Part shown: in pieces, positions 27,071 to 37,302 of the stretch | Numbering within the stretch: the first letter of the stretch is position 1 | Layout: the number at the start of each line of letters is the position of its first letter | Assembly: GCF_947568905.1 (NCBI RefSeq) | Contig: NC_079165.1 | Span: forward strand, 38,254,001 to 38,318,000 | Source of the DNA: Ostrea edulis | Taxonomy: Eukaryota | Direction: 5' to 3' | Length of the DNA stretch: 64,000 bases | Translations under genes and position numbers: made by a program | Notes under the pieces: generated by a model | Seen by the model: only the letters and a program-made list of their open reading frames with translations | Told to the model about the DNA's origin: nothing | Database searches by the model: none

Positions 27071-30000
27071 TAAAAATTTGATAAGGATCACTAGGTTATA
27101 TGTGTGTAATTTACCACTAACATAACAAAAGACATAAATTTGAATCAGAAACGTGTTTACTCAGGTTATGAATGAAAATTCATAAACGGCATGAACTTTT
27201 ATCAATACGGAATGCTTGAAATCTGAAAACAACACCAAAAGGCATTTCATTACAAAAAGTTAACAGCAAACCAGAGAAAGAATTACACAGTTTTTGGGGA
27301 TAGTCCATCATTACACTTAATCGATGAAGTGTCAATACCGGGTATGGCCTCCCATTGCATCAATGACGGCTTGACAACGTCGAGCCATGCTGTCAATAAG
27401 CACCCGGATGTTTTCAATGGGAAGGTTGTTCCACTCTTCCACGAGGGCGTTTCCGAGCTCTGCCAAAGTCGTGGGTTGTGCTGTACGGCGTGAAAGGGCA
27501 ACCTGCAGCATGTTCCATACATGCTCAATCGGGTTCAAGTCCGGCGAGCGCGCTAGTCAGTCCATACGGACAATTGTCTCCTGCTGAAGGTACTGCTCCA
27601 CCACCCTGGCGCGATGAGGACGGGCGTTATCATCCATCAGGATGAACTCAGGGCCAACAGCACCAACGTAGGGTCTGACGTAAACATCGAGGATCTCATC
27701 CCGGTACCGCACCCCCGTCATTGTTCCTCTCTCCAGGACTTGAATATCTGTTCTTCCATCCCTGCTGATTCCACCCCAGACCATGATGGAACCACCACCA
27801 TAACGGTCATGTTCACTGATGTTGGCATCATGGAAACGTTCACGTTGTCGTCGCCACACTCGGTGCCTCCTGTCTGTAAAGTCCAAACAATACTTGGACT
27901 CATCGGTGAACAGAACTTGAACCCAATCGTTCTGTGTCCAAGTGACATGATCTTCAGCCCAGTCCAATCGCTCCCGCCGGTGTCGAACAGTCAGAGGGAC
28001 TCGAACACATGCCCTTCTCGAGTTGAGACCTGCATTGTGAAGCCGATTCCGTATCGTCTGAGTGGACACATTCACCCCCCGAGGCGTTAAGGAGGTCGTT
28101 ACGTAGGCTGGTTGCTGTCCAGAAGGGATGGCGTCGTGCCTGAAGAGCCACAAAATGGTCTTGGCGTTGGGTTGTCGACCTCTGACGACCATCCCCATGT
28201 TGGTGTGCTGCTGTACCAAAAGTTTGCTGTCGGTTCCAGGCCCTGTTTACAACGCTCTGGCTGACGTTTAGTGCATTTGTAACGTCACGTTGTGAATAGC
28301 CAGCGTCAAGCATTCCAATACATCTGCCCAGTTGTTCTGTCATCAGACAACGCCTTACACGTTGAGGGGGCATTGTATTGATAAACGTAGAGTAAACACT
28401 CAAGTAAGTTTGAAAGTTTAGAAAGAATCAGACACCGATGCCTGAGTGAAAATCGTGCAATGGTAGCAAAAGCATAAACTGTGACGAGAAACGCATTTCC
28501 CATGGCATGAAATGCACGTGCAAGTTTATGGAAGACGTTTTTGATTTCACTTGGACACAATATTGCCAGTTATGCAGTTATTAATTTTTTAAACAGAAAA
28601 ATATCTATGATCCTTATCAAATTTTGAGTAGTATATATGACCAACGACACGAACAACCAGATTGTCAAATTTTCAGGACGACCTGTCCCTTCTTCAGGAC
28701 AAACGAAAAAAATTACATAATTGTATTTGACCTTGTATCCACGTTGTGGATCCGACAGTTCTAGGTATCGGGTGTTGGTGGAACTTAGAAAAACAATGCT
28801 CTCTTGTTTAGTAAACGTCAGAGTAAGTTGAAATCTGATTAATAGGGATCTCATGACTAGATAGGTACTTCTCAGTTTGAGCATCCTTTGAATAGCTTTG
28901 AAGAATGTTTGAATCACAAAGTCATTGACTCTGAATTTATTTGCCTTCCAAAGTTTACTTTGAAAGTGGATGCCTTCCTTACAGATCATTTTGAATCTGC
29001 ACATTGATAAATGATAGAGGAAGTAATATCTTTCTCATTTATTTCTGATTTAATGATTATGTTTTACACTTAGGTGTTTCTAATCATCCTTGATGGTACA
29101 ACGCTCTGCATGTGAATATTTAGGTATCTTACGAGTGCAAGGTTGATATGGATATTGATTTGGATTTGGAGTATCTTAATGGCGTTGTTACACATGTTTG
29201 AAAACACTTCACAAAAGTATAAAAGAAACTTAAGGAAACCCATGTAACCAAATAGTGCAAACTACTGCAAAAGTCACAGGGATAAGTAAATCTTGGTGTG
29301 CCCCTGAACACTTGTGATTTTAGCGTTCACAGAGGACAGTCAGGCATTGCATGCATGTAATGAGAAGAAGTGGGTTTTTTCTATTTGTTAGATGATGTCC
29401 TTAGAATACTTTAATTTTGTTGATACATGTGAAGGCATATAATTTCCACAAAGATTGAAATGTAAAACGTATTCCATGTTCTCGCGTACAATTTTACGTA
29501 TCAGTTTACATACTTGTTTACACGTATAAAAAGTTATAATGTGTGTGTATCAGTGCGGGTATCATTTTCTGTCTGCGGTTAGTTTTCTGCCTACCGTAAC
29601 TTTCTATATTTAGATATATAGATATCCGTCTACTTCTAGGTATCAGCCTATGATTAGGTATCTACAGCTCATTATTTGTCTACGATTGGTTACATGTCTA
29701 CTGTTAGCTATCTGCCCACCGCGAAGTATAGGTCTAATGTTACTTATATCATTCTACCGATTGTTACATCATTATGTCGATTGTACATCATTCTGTCGAT
29801 TAGTATATCATTCTGTCGACCGTTACATTATTCTATCGATTGTTATATCATTCTCCCGATTTTTACATTATTCTGCCGATTTTTACATCATTCTGACGAT
29901 TCTTACATCATTCTGCCGATTGTTACATCATTCTGTCGATTGTTACATAATTCTGCCGATTGTTACATCATTCTGTTGATTGTTACATCATTCTGTTGAT

Positions 30001-32483
30001 TGTTGTAACATCATTCTGTCGGTTGTTGTTACATCATTTTACTGATTGTTGTTACATCATTCTAGTGATTGTTGTTACATCATTCTATTTCTTTATTTCC
30101 GTTTACCTTTTATTTTATAACTATATTCTTAGTTGTAGAATTCAGCCATTACTTACATGTATATCATTTACATGTTAGTTACATTATTCTACTGTTAGCA
30201 ATATTAATCTACCATTAAGCTTAGCTGAGTCCTAACCCATAAATATTGTTCCTTAGGTGGAATTTCTCCCACACGAGTTTATATCGGATGATTATTTTTC
30301 TTACATTTATCAAAATCCTCATTTGAACTTGCTAAAAACTTAAAATTTTGATTTCGACAAAAGCTTTCATACGTTTATTTTTTTGATTTTGAATTTTCTT
30401 AAAGCTCCTGAATTAATGCACTAAACTATGGACAAAATCTGAAAAATAACCCTTTGCTATTTTTTTGTGCGGACAAGAAAATTCTACCTCTGAAACAAAA
30501 TTTGCTGTCTAGGACTCGATGTTTGTGCCTAGTTACCACGATAAAAAGGAATATTAGCATCTGTTGTGTGTTGGAGGAATGTTTGCAAAGAAATCATCAA
30601 AAAACCCACATCAACATAGCCTGTGAATGATTTGAAAATATTCACTAGGCCGAAATATTAAAAGTGGTCTATCACCATCAAAAACACCGCGCCATGGATT
30701 TATATAAAAAGAAAGTAAATAGTTACAGCGTCTTTCAACACACCTGTATTTATTTTGAAAATTCGATGAATACATGATGAATACATGATATAACCTGATG
30801 GCACAATGCACTAAGAAATGCATATAAGAAACATATATATCAGTATAAACAAACTATGTACTAGGAATTCTATAATTTGAATCATTTGAGAATAAAATGT
30901 TATCCTTTAATGTCGTTATTACAATTGTTTTAAACCATACAATTCGAAGATATATTTCAAAAATTTAGTACTACACAAATCAGAAAGCACACATTAGTTT
31001 TTGCAAATCTTTCTTATGATAAATTTTTTCAGTACGGTATCTTGGTTGGAAATGCACATCGGACAAACAATGTTTAGGACCCAACACAGCTTGTGTCGCC
31101 GGATTCTGCTCCTGTAAAGATGGCTATTTAGCGAGCAGTAATGGAACAAGATGCAGAAGAGAAATGTCCTGGTTCGTGACTTTCCCCCTTCTTGGAGACC
31201 GATGTAATGGGTTTCTGTCCTCCTGCTATAACTTTGACGAACAAGAGTGTAGAAACAAGAGGTGTTCCTGTAAGACTGGATATAGAGAAATGCAAGACAG
31301 TGAACGGAAGTTGCGTCACAAGGATTATCAGCAATGTATTAAAAACGATACAATTTCTGGTATGTCATTAATATTCTTCTATATTATGTGTGAAAGATGC
31401 TTTGACAAGATAATGTAGTAAATTCTTCTAATGATGCGATTAAAAGTTTCAAGAAATTTGAATGCTGTTTTAGAAGAATTGCACATTAGGTCGCGCACTG
31501 TATTGCACTGAGCTTCAATATTGAACAAGGAAAGTATTGCACCCCAAACCAAGAACTGGAATAGCTTTTTGTTTATAGGTACCCTGAAAGAAAACACACG
31601 ATGTACGGATCTGACTGCATTGGAGTTATCAGACCCCTACAACTCGGAGGCAAACAGAAGCAAGTTTTTATGATAAATTCATGATTGATAATCTGCTATT
31701 CAGGTACTGAATTTGTTATGAATAACGCCATTTTCACATTTTTCGAAACAGAAATTAGAGTGATGCAAGGAGCCATTATAGGAGGAATCATAGCCTTCAT
31801 TGTTTTAGTACTTACAGTGGTAGGAGTGATATCTTATATCAGATACAAAAAGAGGTAATTAATTAACTTATATTCAACAGGACTAATTTGGATACATTGT
31901 ATATGCTAGTATGAATTAATTACAATTGATTTTCGCACTGTAAATTTAATCGTTGAAAAAAAAGTATGTTAACGTTTGAAAAGCTAGAACGTACACAATA
32001 TACAATTGTATGAAACCACTATCAACTATAGAAAGGTTTGACTTGGTTGTTCAACAAAGTCATTTCAATCTATCGAACTTAACTTTTGTTTCTCATTTTA
32101 AACAATATAATTTAACATTTATTTGCAGAGAATTTTTCAAACTGTTAAATAATGTGTACTGCAGCAAACCTTTCTGTCATTTTGTCGTTTTTCAATTGTG
32201 TAGAACAGGCGACATGAATAATGACTCAGGATCAGAAATATCATTTGAGCGACAATCCAGTGGACGATATTCATTCAAAATCCCGCGCCCTTTCGCAACA
32301 TACAACACCACATCTGCTGACAATGTATCATTCCACAACCGTTCTTTTAAAGAGGATGAAACACATCGTCTTCGAGAGGACGAGATGAAATCATTGAACG
32401 GAACTCTGGCTAAATTTTACTTCGATGAAATTGACTACAAGTCACATGATGATTTCAGCAGACTACACGAAGATGTAAAGTGA
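14043..32483 (+). CDS. 850-aa single-pass type I membrane protein: signal peptide, 3 Cys-rich EB/EGF-like modules, 343-aa Ser/Thr mucin stalk, 3 more modules, TM helix, ~95-aa tail; exons 14043..14091, 15514..15663, 23024..23371, 24728..24769, 24870..25898, 26172..26315, 31033..31359, 31579..31659, 31752..31854, 32204..32483
   Basis: The exons join in frame (2553 nt, 851 codons). All ectodomain introns are phase 1. Signal MLWWIIFAIAAASVAQ; TM GAIIGGIIAFIVLVLTVVGVISYI followed by RYKKR; one GC-AG intron (31660-31751). Confidence 0.8.
17335..17630 (+). mobile_element. Penelope-like pseudo-LTR fragment carrying a hammerhead ribozyme motif
   Basis: Contains the hammerhead at 17554-17597. Minimal hammerheads are a known hallmark of PLE pLTRs. 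Boundaries are approximate. Confidence 0.6.
17554..17597 (+). ncRNA. Minimal type I hammerhead ribozyme
   Basis: Stem I GCATCA/TGGTGC, core CTGAAGA, stem II GACA-ttatt-TGTC, GAAA, stem III AT/AT closed by the palindromic loop GCGC, cleavage triplet ATC (17589-17591). Confidence 0.8.
17781..18045. repeat. 52-bp tandem repeat, about 5 copies, derived from the Penelope-like terminal module
   Basis: Unit cgggcacactcaccgtgagagaaatccgtagttaaaatcagtatgagaagag, with starts at 17781, 17833 and onward. It follows a reversed copy of the module (17690-17780). Confidence 0.9.
18787..19226. repeat. 20-bp minisatellite, about 22 copies
   Basis: Unit agtggtgaagtgatataaat with single-base variants. Confidence 0.95.
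20310..20620 (+). mobile_element. Penelope-like terminal-module fragment (further copies 22262-22480 +, 36664-36890 -, 39305-39480 -, 39510-39625 +)
   Basis: Shares gatgcttactcctcctaggcacct...gagattgatcactgttcgttatcttcac with 12300-12490. Confidence 0.75.
21043..21530 (+). mobile_element. Decayed L2/CR1-type LINE RT C-terminal fragment
   Basis: Translation IYNTIIFPHFDHCCTIW...RLFKIPKRAARVI...LRWTPL...HTRNTR is typical of the L2/CR1 ORF2 end; frameshifted. Confidence 0.55.
24017..24290 (+). mobile_element. SINE-like repeat, long copy
   Basis: Reverse complement of the 9265 and 32985 copies; ends in caatcaaccaaccaacc. Confidence 0.7.
26653..27035. mobile_element. ~380-bp non-autonomous element with a ~65-bp terminal direct repeat, embedded in (TA)n
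   Basis: tggttcgactccgggctggggtgaaaattttcagtacctagttgggattatttagtgcttta at 26653 is repeated at ~26974, and both ends abut TA microsatellite. Confidence 0.55.
27068..28633 (-). mobile_element. Full-length Tc1-family DNA transposon (DD34E)
   Basis: TIRs TACTA(CTC)AAAATTTGATAAGGATCA at 27068-27090 and 28608-28633, TA at both flanks, internal transposase. Confidence 0.9.
27332..28373 (-). pseudogene. Tc1 transposase pseudogene (one frameshift near 28080, one nonsense codon)
   Basis: HTH MPPQR...GMLDAGYSQRDV...VSQSVVNR; VLFTDESK; GGGSIMVWGGI; LMDDNARPHRA; D*LARSPDLNPIEH where WPARSPDLNPIE is expected. There are 34 residues between the second D and the E. Confidence 0.9.
28640..29330 (-). mobile_element. 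Decayed Penelope-like element (possible GIY-YIG remnant plus pLTR with hammerhead)
   Basis: ORF 29129..29311 contains GTPR..YP..FCSSLHYLVT, like the CxxPRC / CxSxNVVYLITC region of PLE endonucleases. The hammerhead motif lies downstream on the same strand. Confidence 0.45.
28662..28702 (-). ncRNA. Minimal type I hammerhead ribozyme motif (possibly decayed)
   Basis: Minus strand: stem I TTGTC/GACAA, core CTGAAGA, extra A, stem II GGGAC-aggtc-GTCCT, GAA, palindrome AATT, H17 = T. Confidence 0.6.
29745..30075. repeat. Degenerate 20-bp minisatellite, about 15 copies
   Basis: Consensus ttacatcattctgccgattg. Confidence 0.85.
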
Positions 32484-32611
32484 TGACGTCATTTTTGTCA
32501 TTTGATTCGAGATTACAGTTCACTGGAACTGACATTGGTGCGAGTGAGTACTGGTGTGTTAGGGACATTTACATGAATGTGAGTACCGAAATAGGTGTTA
32601 GAATTCATACA

Positions 32612-35600
32612 TCATTGTCTTTTCAGTAAGATTATTTCTATGGACAATATCAAAAACTCCAGATCAACTTGCAGAAATTCCTTCAGTAATAGTTCAAGAT
32701 TAATTCGTTTTAAACGTTTTACTTCGACACTATAATCACAATCAGTTTGATTCATTTCCAAACGTTACGAACGATTTTTCCATATATATATATATATATA
32801 TATAATAGACCCACAGGTCACGAGTCTCTTGCCTAGAGCGAATGGTCTTATGCGCTGGAAGTGGGTATTCATATAATAGTATATTTCTCGTTGCTTACGG
32901 TCTTTGAGCAGGGATGAATCTTTATCGTACCACACTTGCTGTGACACGAAGCCTCGGTTTTTGTTGTTTCACCCTAAGATTGATTGATTGATTGAATATT
33001 GTTTAACGTCCTTGTCGAGAATATTTCACTCATATGGAGACATCACCACTGCCGGAGAAGGGCTGCAAAATTTAGGCCTATGCTCAGCGCTTATAGCCTT
33101 TGAGCAGATATGGATTCTTATCGTGTCACACCTGCTGTGACATGGGACCTCGGTTTTTGCGATCTCATCCGAAGAACCGCCCCATTTCGTCGCCTTCTAC
33201 GACAAGCATGGGGTACTGAGGACCTATTCTAACCCGAATACCCACGGGATTCTCATCCACCATTTAGTCGCCTCTTACAACAAGCAAGGGGTTATTTATA
33301 TATTATTATATATATTGTTTATATATATGTATATATCTTCATTTAAGACACTAATGCCTGTATATAGAGTGTATGCATATTTTAATATCATTGTGAACAA
33401 ACGTAGGTTTTCTCTCAATGTATTTTTCCAAACTTATATTTACCTTTTTGAATCTTCTTCAGTATTCTGTTGTCAATTCCGATTTCATCAACCTGTATAC
33501 CAATGAAAGAATGTAGTATCAATGAAATGTGATCTTGCTAGAAATTCTTTGAGACAACTACTATACACACAATATATATATTCATTTGTTGTGATAATGG
33601 CGATCCCTTACATCCACTCAAAGATGTTCCTCATATTAAAACAGTACATACTAGTAGGCATATAATATATACCAGTACGTCATATATAGCATCATCCATA
33701 TACGGTTTATTATCAATAACTAGAACGTTATTATTCTACAAAACTTGAACATTGTTATTTAGAAACCGGTCGCGGTAAATCAAAGGTAGAGCGGTCGCTA
33801 GCCGGGAGGTCGTGAGTTCAACCCCCACATGCACCACGGTCTCGTCAAAGCTAAGACGTCAACATAGGTACATGTAGTGATTGTTCCTTTGCCAAACACT
33901 CGGCATTTAATCATGTATCTTCACCTCTTCATAGGAAACATAATTATGTGATTACACGAATTGGAAAATATTTTACTAGATGATAAAATTTGATACAAAC
34001 AGCAAAATCATACAGTGAAATATTGAATATCACTTACTTGTAGCCTACAATTCCATTTAACAGAGTTCTTTATAATAGGTTTTCAATAAAAAGGATTTCC
34101 TTTTTTAAAATACTACTGATATGAGTTCGTAAACTACACACGATAAAAATCTATACGACAACTAGACATCATTGCGGATAAGTCGGAGCATTATATGATC
34201 TTCGAGTACATGTATGTCACCTTTGGATGTAATTTTTCTTCACGTTTGTGAGAACCACGTGTACCCTCTCCGCAGTAAATCCTGATCTGTGCTTCACAGC
34301 AGATGACAGATAAACTAAACAAATGAACCAACCAACTGTTATATTAGAAAAACAAAGATCACACAATATCAAATACATATCAAATTGAAATTTCGAATAA
34401 AAAAATCACTTACACTTCACAAAATATTTCAGACCTCGCTTTAGTCTTCTATGTTTGCATTCACAAAATATCTTTGAAATCGCTGAGGAATACTTGTGAA
34501 TGGGATTTGAACAGGCTTGTAGTGGAATAGTAACAAACCAAAGGAAAGTGAAGAGCATCACGTGTATCGCGTAAAACATTACAAAAGGAGGGGGGAATAT
34601 TGGTTTCTCATCATAATCAGCAATAAGTTCCTTGAAGTTGTTTAACCAGTGCATCTGGCTTTGTGTGATTATATTTTGGTATCGTTCTCTACAATTTAAG
34701 ACAAATATTAATGTAAGACAATCTCTTGATAGTTGAGGATTGATAGCGATATATAATTCTTACGTGAATATTGCAATGAGGATGTTGAAAAGGAGTACAA
34801 AGAGAAGCAGCGCTGACAGTCCTCGAAGATACGGCACCAGTCGGACGGATATTGTACTACTCTCTGTAATGAAAATGAAATCGTGCAAATTTCCAACTCA
34901 GCTCGAGTTCGATCTAATATGTGAAATATTTCTACTTTGAATCACCCATACCAATATCAAAGTCGTCAACACTGTTGTCACCGTGTAAAATCCAATATTG
35001 TTTCATGATAGCATGTTCAGCTAGGGTCCAACTCAATTGTATATTTTTATTAAGAAGGGCTAGATCCGCTAATCCAAATGCAACAGAGACAATGAAAACG
35101 ATAAAAAGAAAGGGAATCAGGTCTTTCACAATCTGAAAGTCAAAAATAAAAACAATAGCAAAGATACTCATAATCGATATACGAAGGAAATCTTTCAATT
35201 TCTCTTTGAAATGTTATATATACAACATGTGACTGAAAATTTGAAGTAAACCCCAGAGTTAGCGTCATCTACATGTAAATAAAATCATATTAGGATTTGG
35301 AAGTACATACCAGAGCTTTTATTACTACATATGTAACACCAAGTCTTTGTGATATCGAAGTCAAATCCAGAATTCGCAGAAAGAACAATAAAAGATTGAC
35401 AACTAAGATGAATCGAGCCACACTGCTGGCACTGAAATATTTAAAAGTCATGCCAACGAAAAACAGGATTATGTTAGCAAGGTCCACCGTATTTCGCCAG
35501 CTTATGTAGTTTCGAAATTTTTCTATCATCCCCGTGCCTTCTGCTGCAACAATCTTCAAACGAAAATAGATAACATTATTTTGAAACATAGATGACGTAC

Positions 35601-37266
35601 ACTCGTGATCATTACAAAAATAGTCAAGCAATTACCTGTCTTCCTTCATCCAGAGCAAAACAGGCAGACCAAACTAACAACATCAAGTCGGCCCATGAAA
35701 AAGGAATCGAGACTCGTGTTGAAACGGTCACAGTCAGAGCACACATAAATGCTGTGTAAGATGCCTGATAAACAAATTTCTCAAAACAAATATATATTGT
35801 AACTTGATGCGTACTATTTCTTATTATCTACATTTTTTGTGACTAATAGTATACATGAATTGTGGACTGAAAGCAAACGATCCGAAAAACCAAATTAAGG
35901 GAAAATAACGGAATTCTTGATCTATTGCCTTTGACCAATAAAAGATGCAAAGCAATTAGATGTATACATGCATTCACATACACATTACTTACATTAAAAT
36001 AGAAACATTTAATGAATGCCGTGTTGTATCTGTCCATTATTTGCTGCGTATTTTTTTCGCTGAAAAGTCTGAAATCAAATTGATTAAAATCATAATTCTT
36101 TGGTTTTGAAATATACTTGCTATCTACAAGAATAACAAGATATTTTTGTAATTGGTGGAAAAAATACCCACGATAAAAATGGTAACAAGAGTAATCCAAA
36201 TGGAAGAAATATCAGGGAAAGGACAGCTTGTACAATCTTCATCACCTAGAAAAGTATACAGTACAGACTCCTATTACGATATACAGTATGTATCTCTCAA
36301 GTACATTCTTCACACTTCAAGAATGCATAGGAAGCACATCTCTAATATTGTAATGTACCTCAAACATTTGGTTGTCATAGAACACTTTTCCATACCAACG
36401 TCTACGTAGTATATCTTGGACAGATTTGTGACGGAGAAAAACGGCCTTTTTCCGATTGTATGCCTTTTGAAAGATTTCATATGGTTTTTCTATCAGAACG
36501 TGCTCGACGATGTCTTTGGCGTCAGGATATGTTTCGCTGATGTAGCATTCATGAAGAATACTTGTAGCGTGATTAACGTACTCTCTAGAGAAACATTAAA
36601 ATAGTGTTAAATTAAAGGGAAAAACCATTCAAATATAATTATATGAACAGACGCCATGCATGTAGATAACGAAAGGTGAAGATAACGGACAGTGATCAAT
36701 CTCATAACCCCTATAAGCAATACAAAATATAGAGTTGGGCAGAAACGGACCCCTGGATACACCAGAAGTGGGAATAGGTGCCTAGGAGGAGTAAGCATGC
36801 CCTGTCGACCGGTCACACCCACCATGAGTCCTATATCTTGATAAGGTAAACGGAGTTATTCGTAGTCAAAATCAGTATGCCAAGAAAGAATAATATCATG
36901 AATTCCATATTGAATACAAAAATAAGAGTACAAGAAACATGGACCCATACGTATCTTTAGTATTCTGTTGTACATTCAGATAAGGTCAATATATCTATCT
37001 GTTATTTTCACTATTTATATCGTATGGTATGTTTTAAAATCTGTACTTCATCATTGTTTCATTCCAATTGATAACTTAACATTTGATACCTTGATGCTTG
37101 TTTGAAACGTGATATGGTTTTCTGTCCATAAATGATATGTTCCATGCCATCCAAAATAAAACTGCACAATAATGCATCCCAAATCGGCAACTGAATAAAA
37201 GTAATGCAATACATTTCACCTTGAGCAGATAAAAACAAGGAGTAAAACTGATATCCATTAGAAAAG

Positions 37267-37302
<36 letters not shown>

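Noticed and set aside
27614-28090. 158-aa plus-strand ORF
   Set aside because: It is the antisense shadow of the Tc1 transposase.
29650-29999. Hydrophobic ~108-aa ORFs
   Set aside because: They are translations of the degenerate 20-bp minisatellite.
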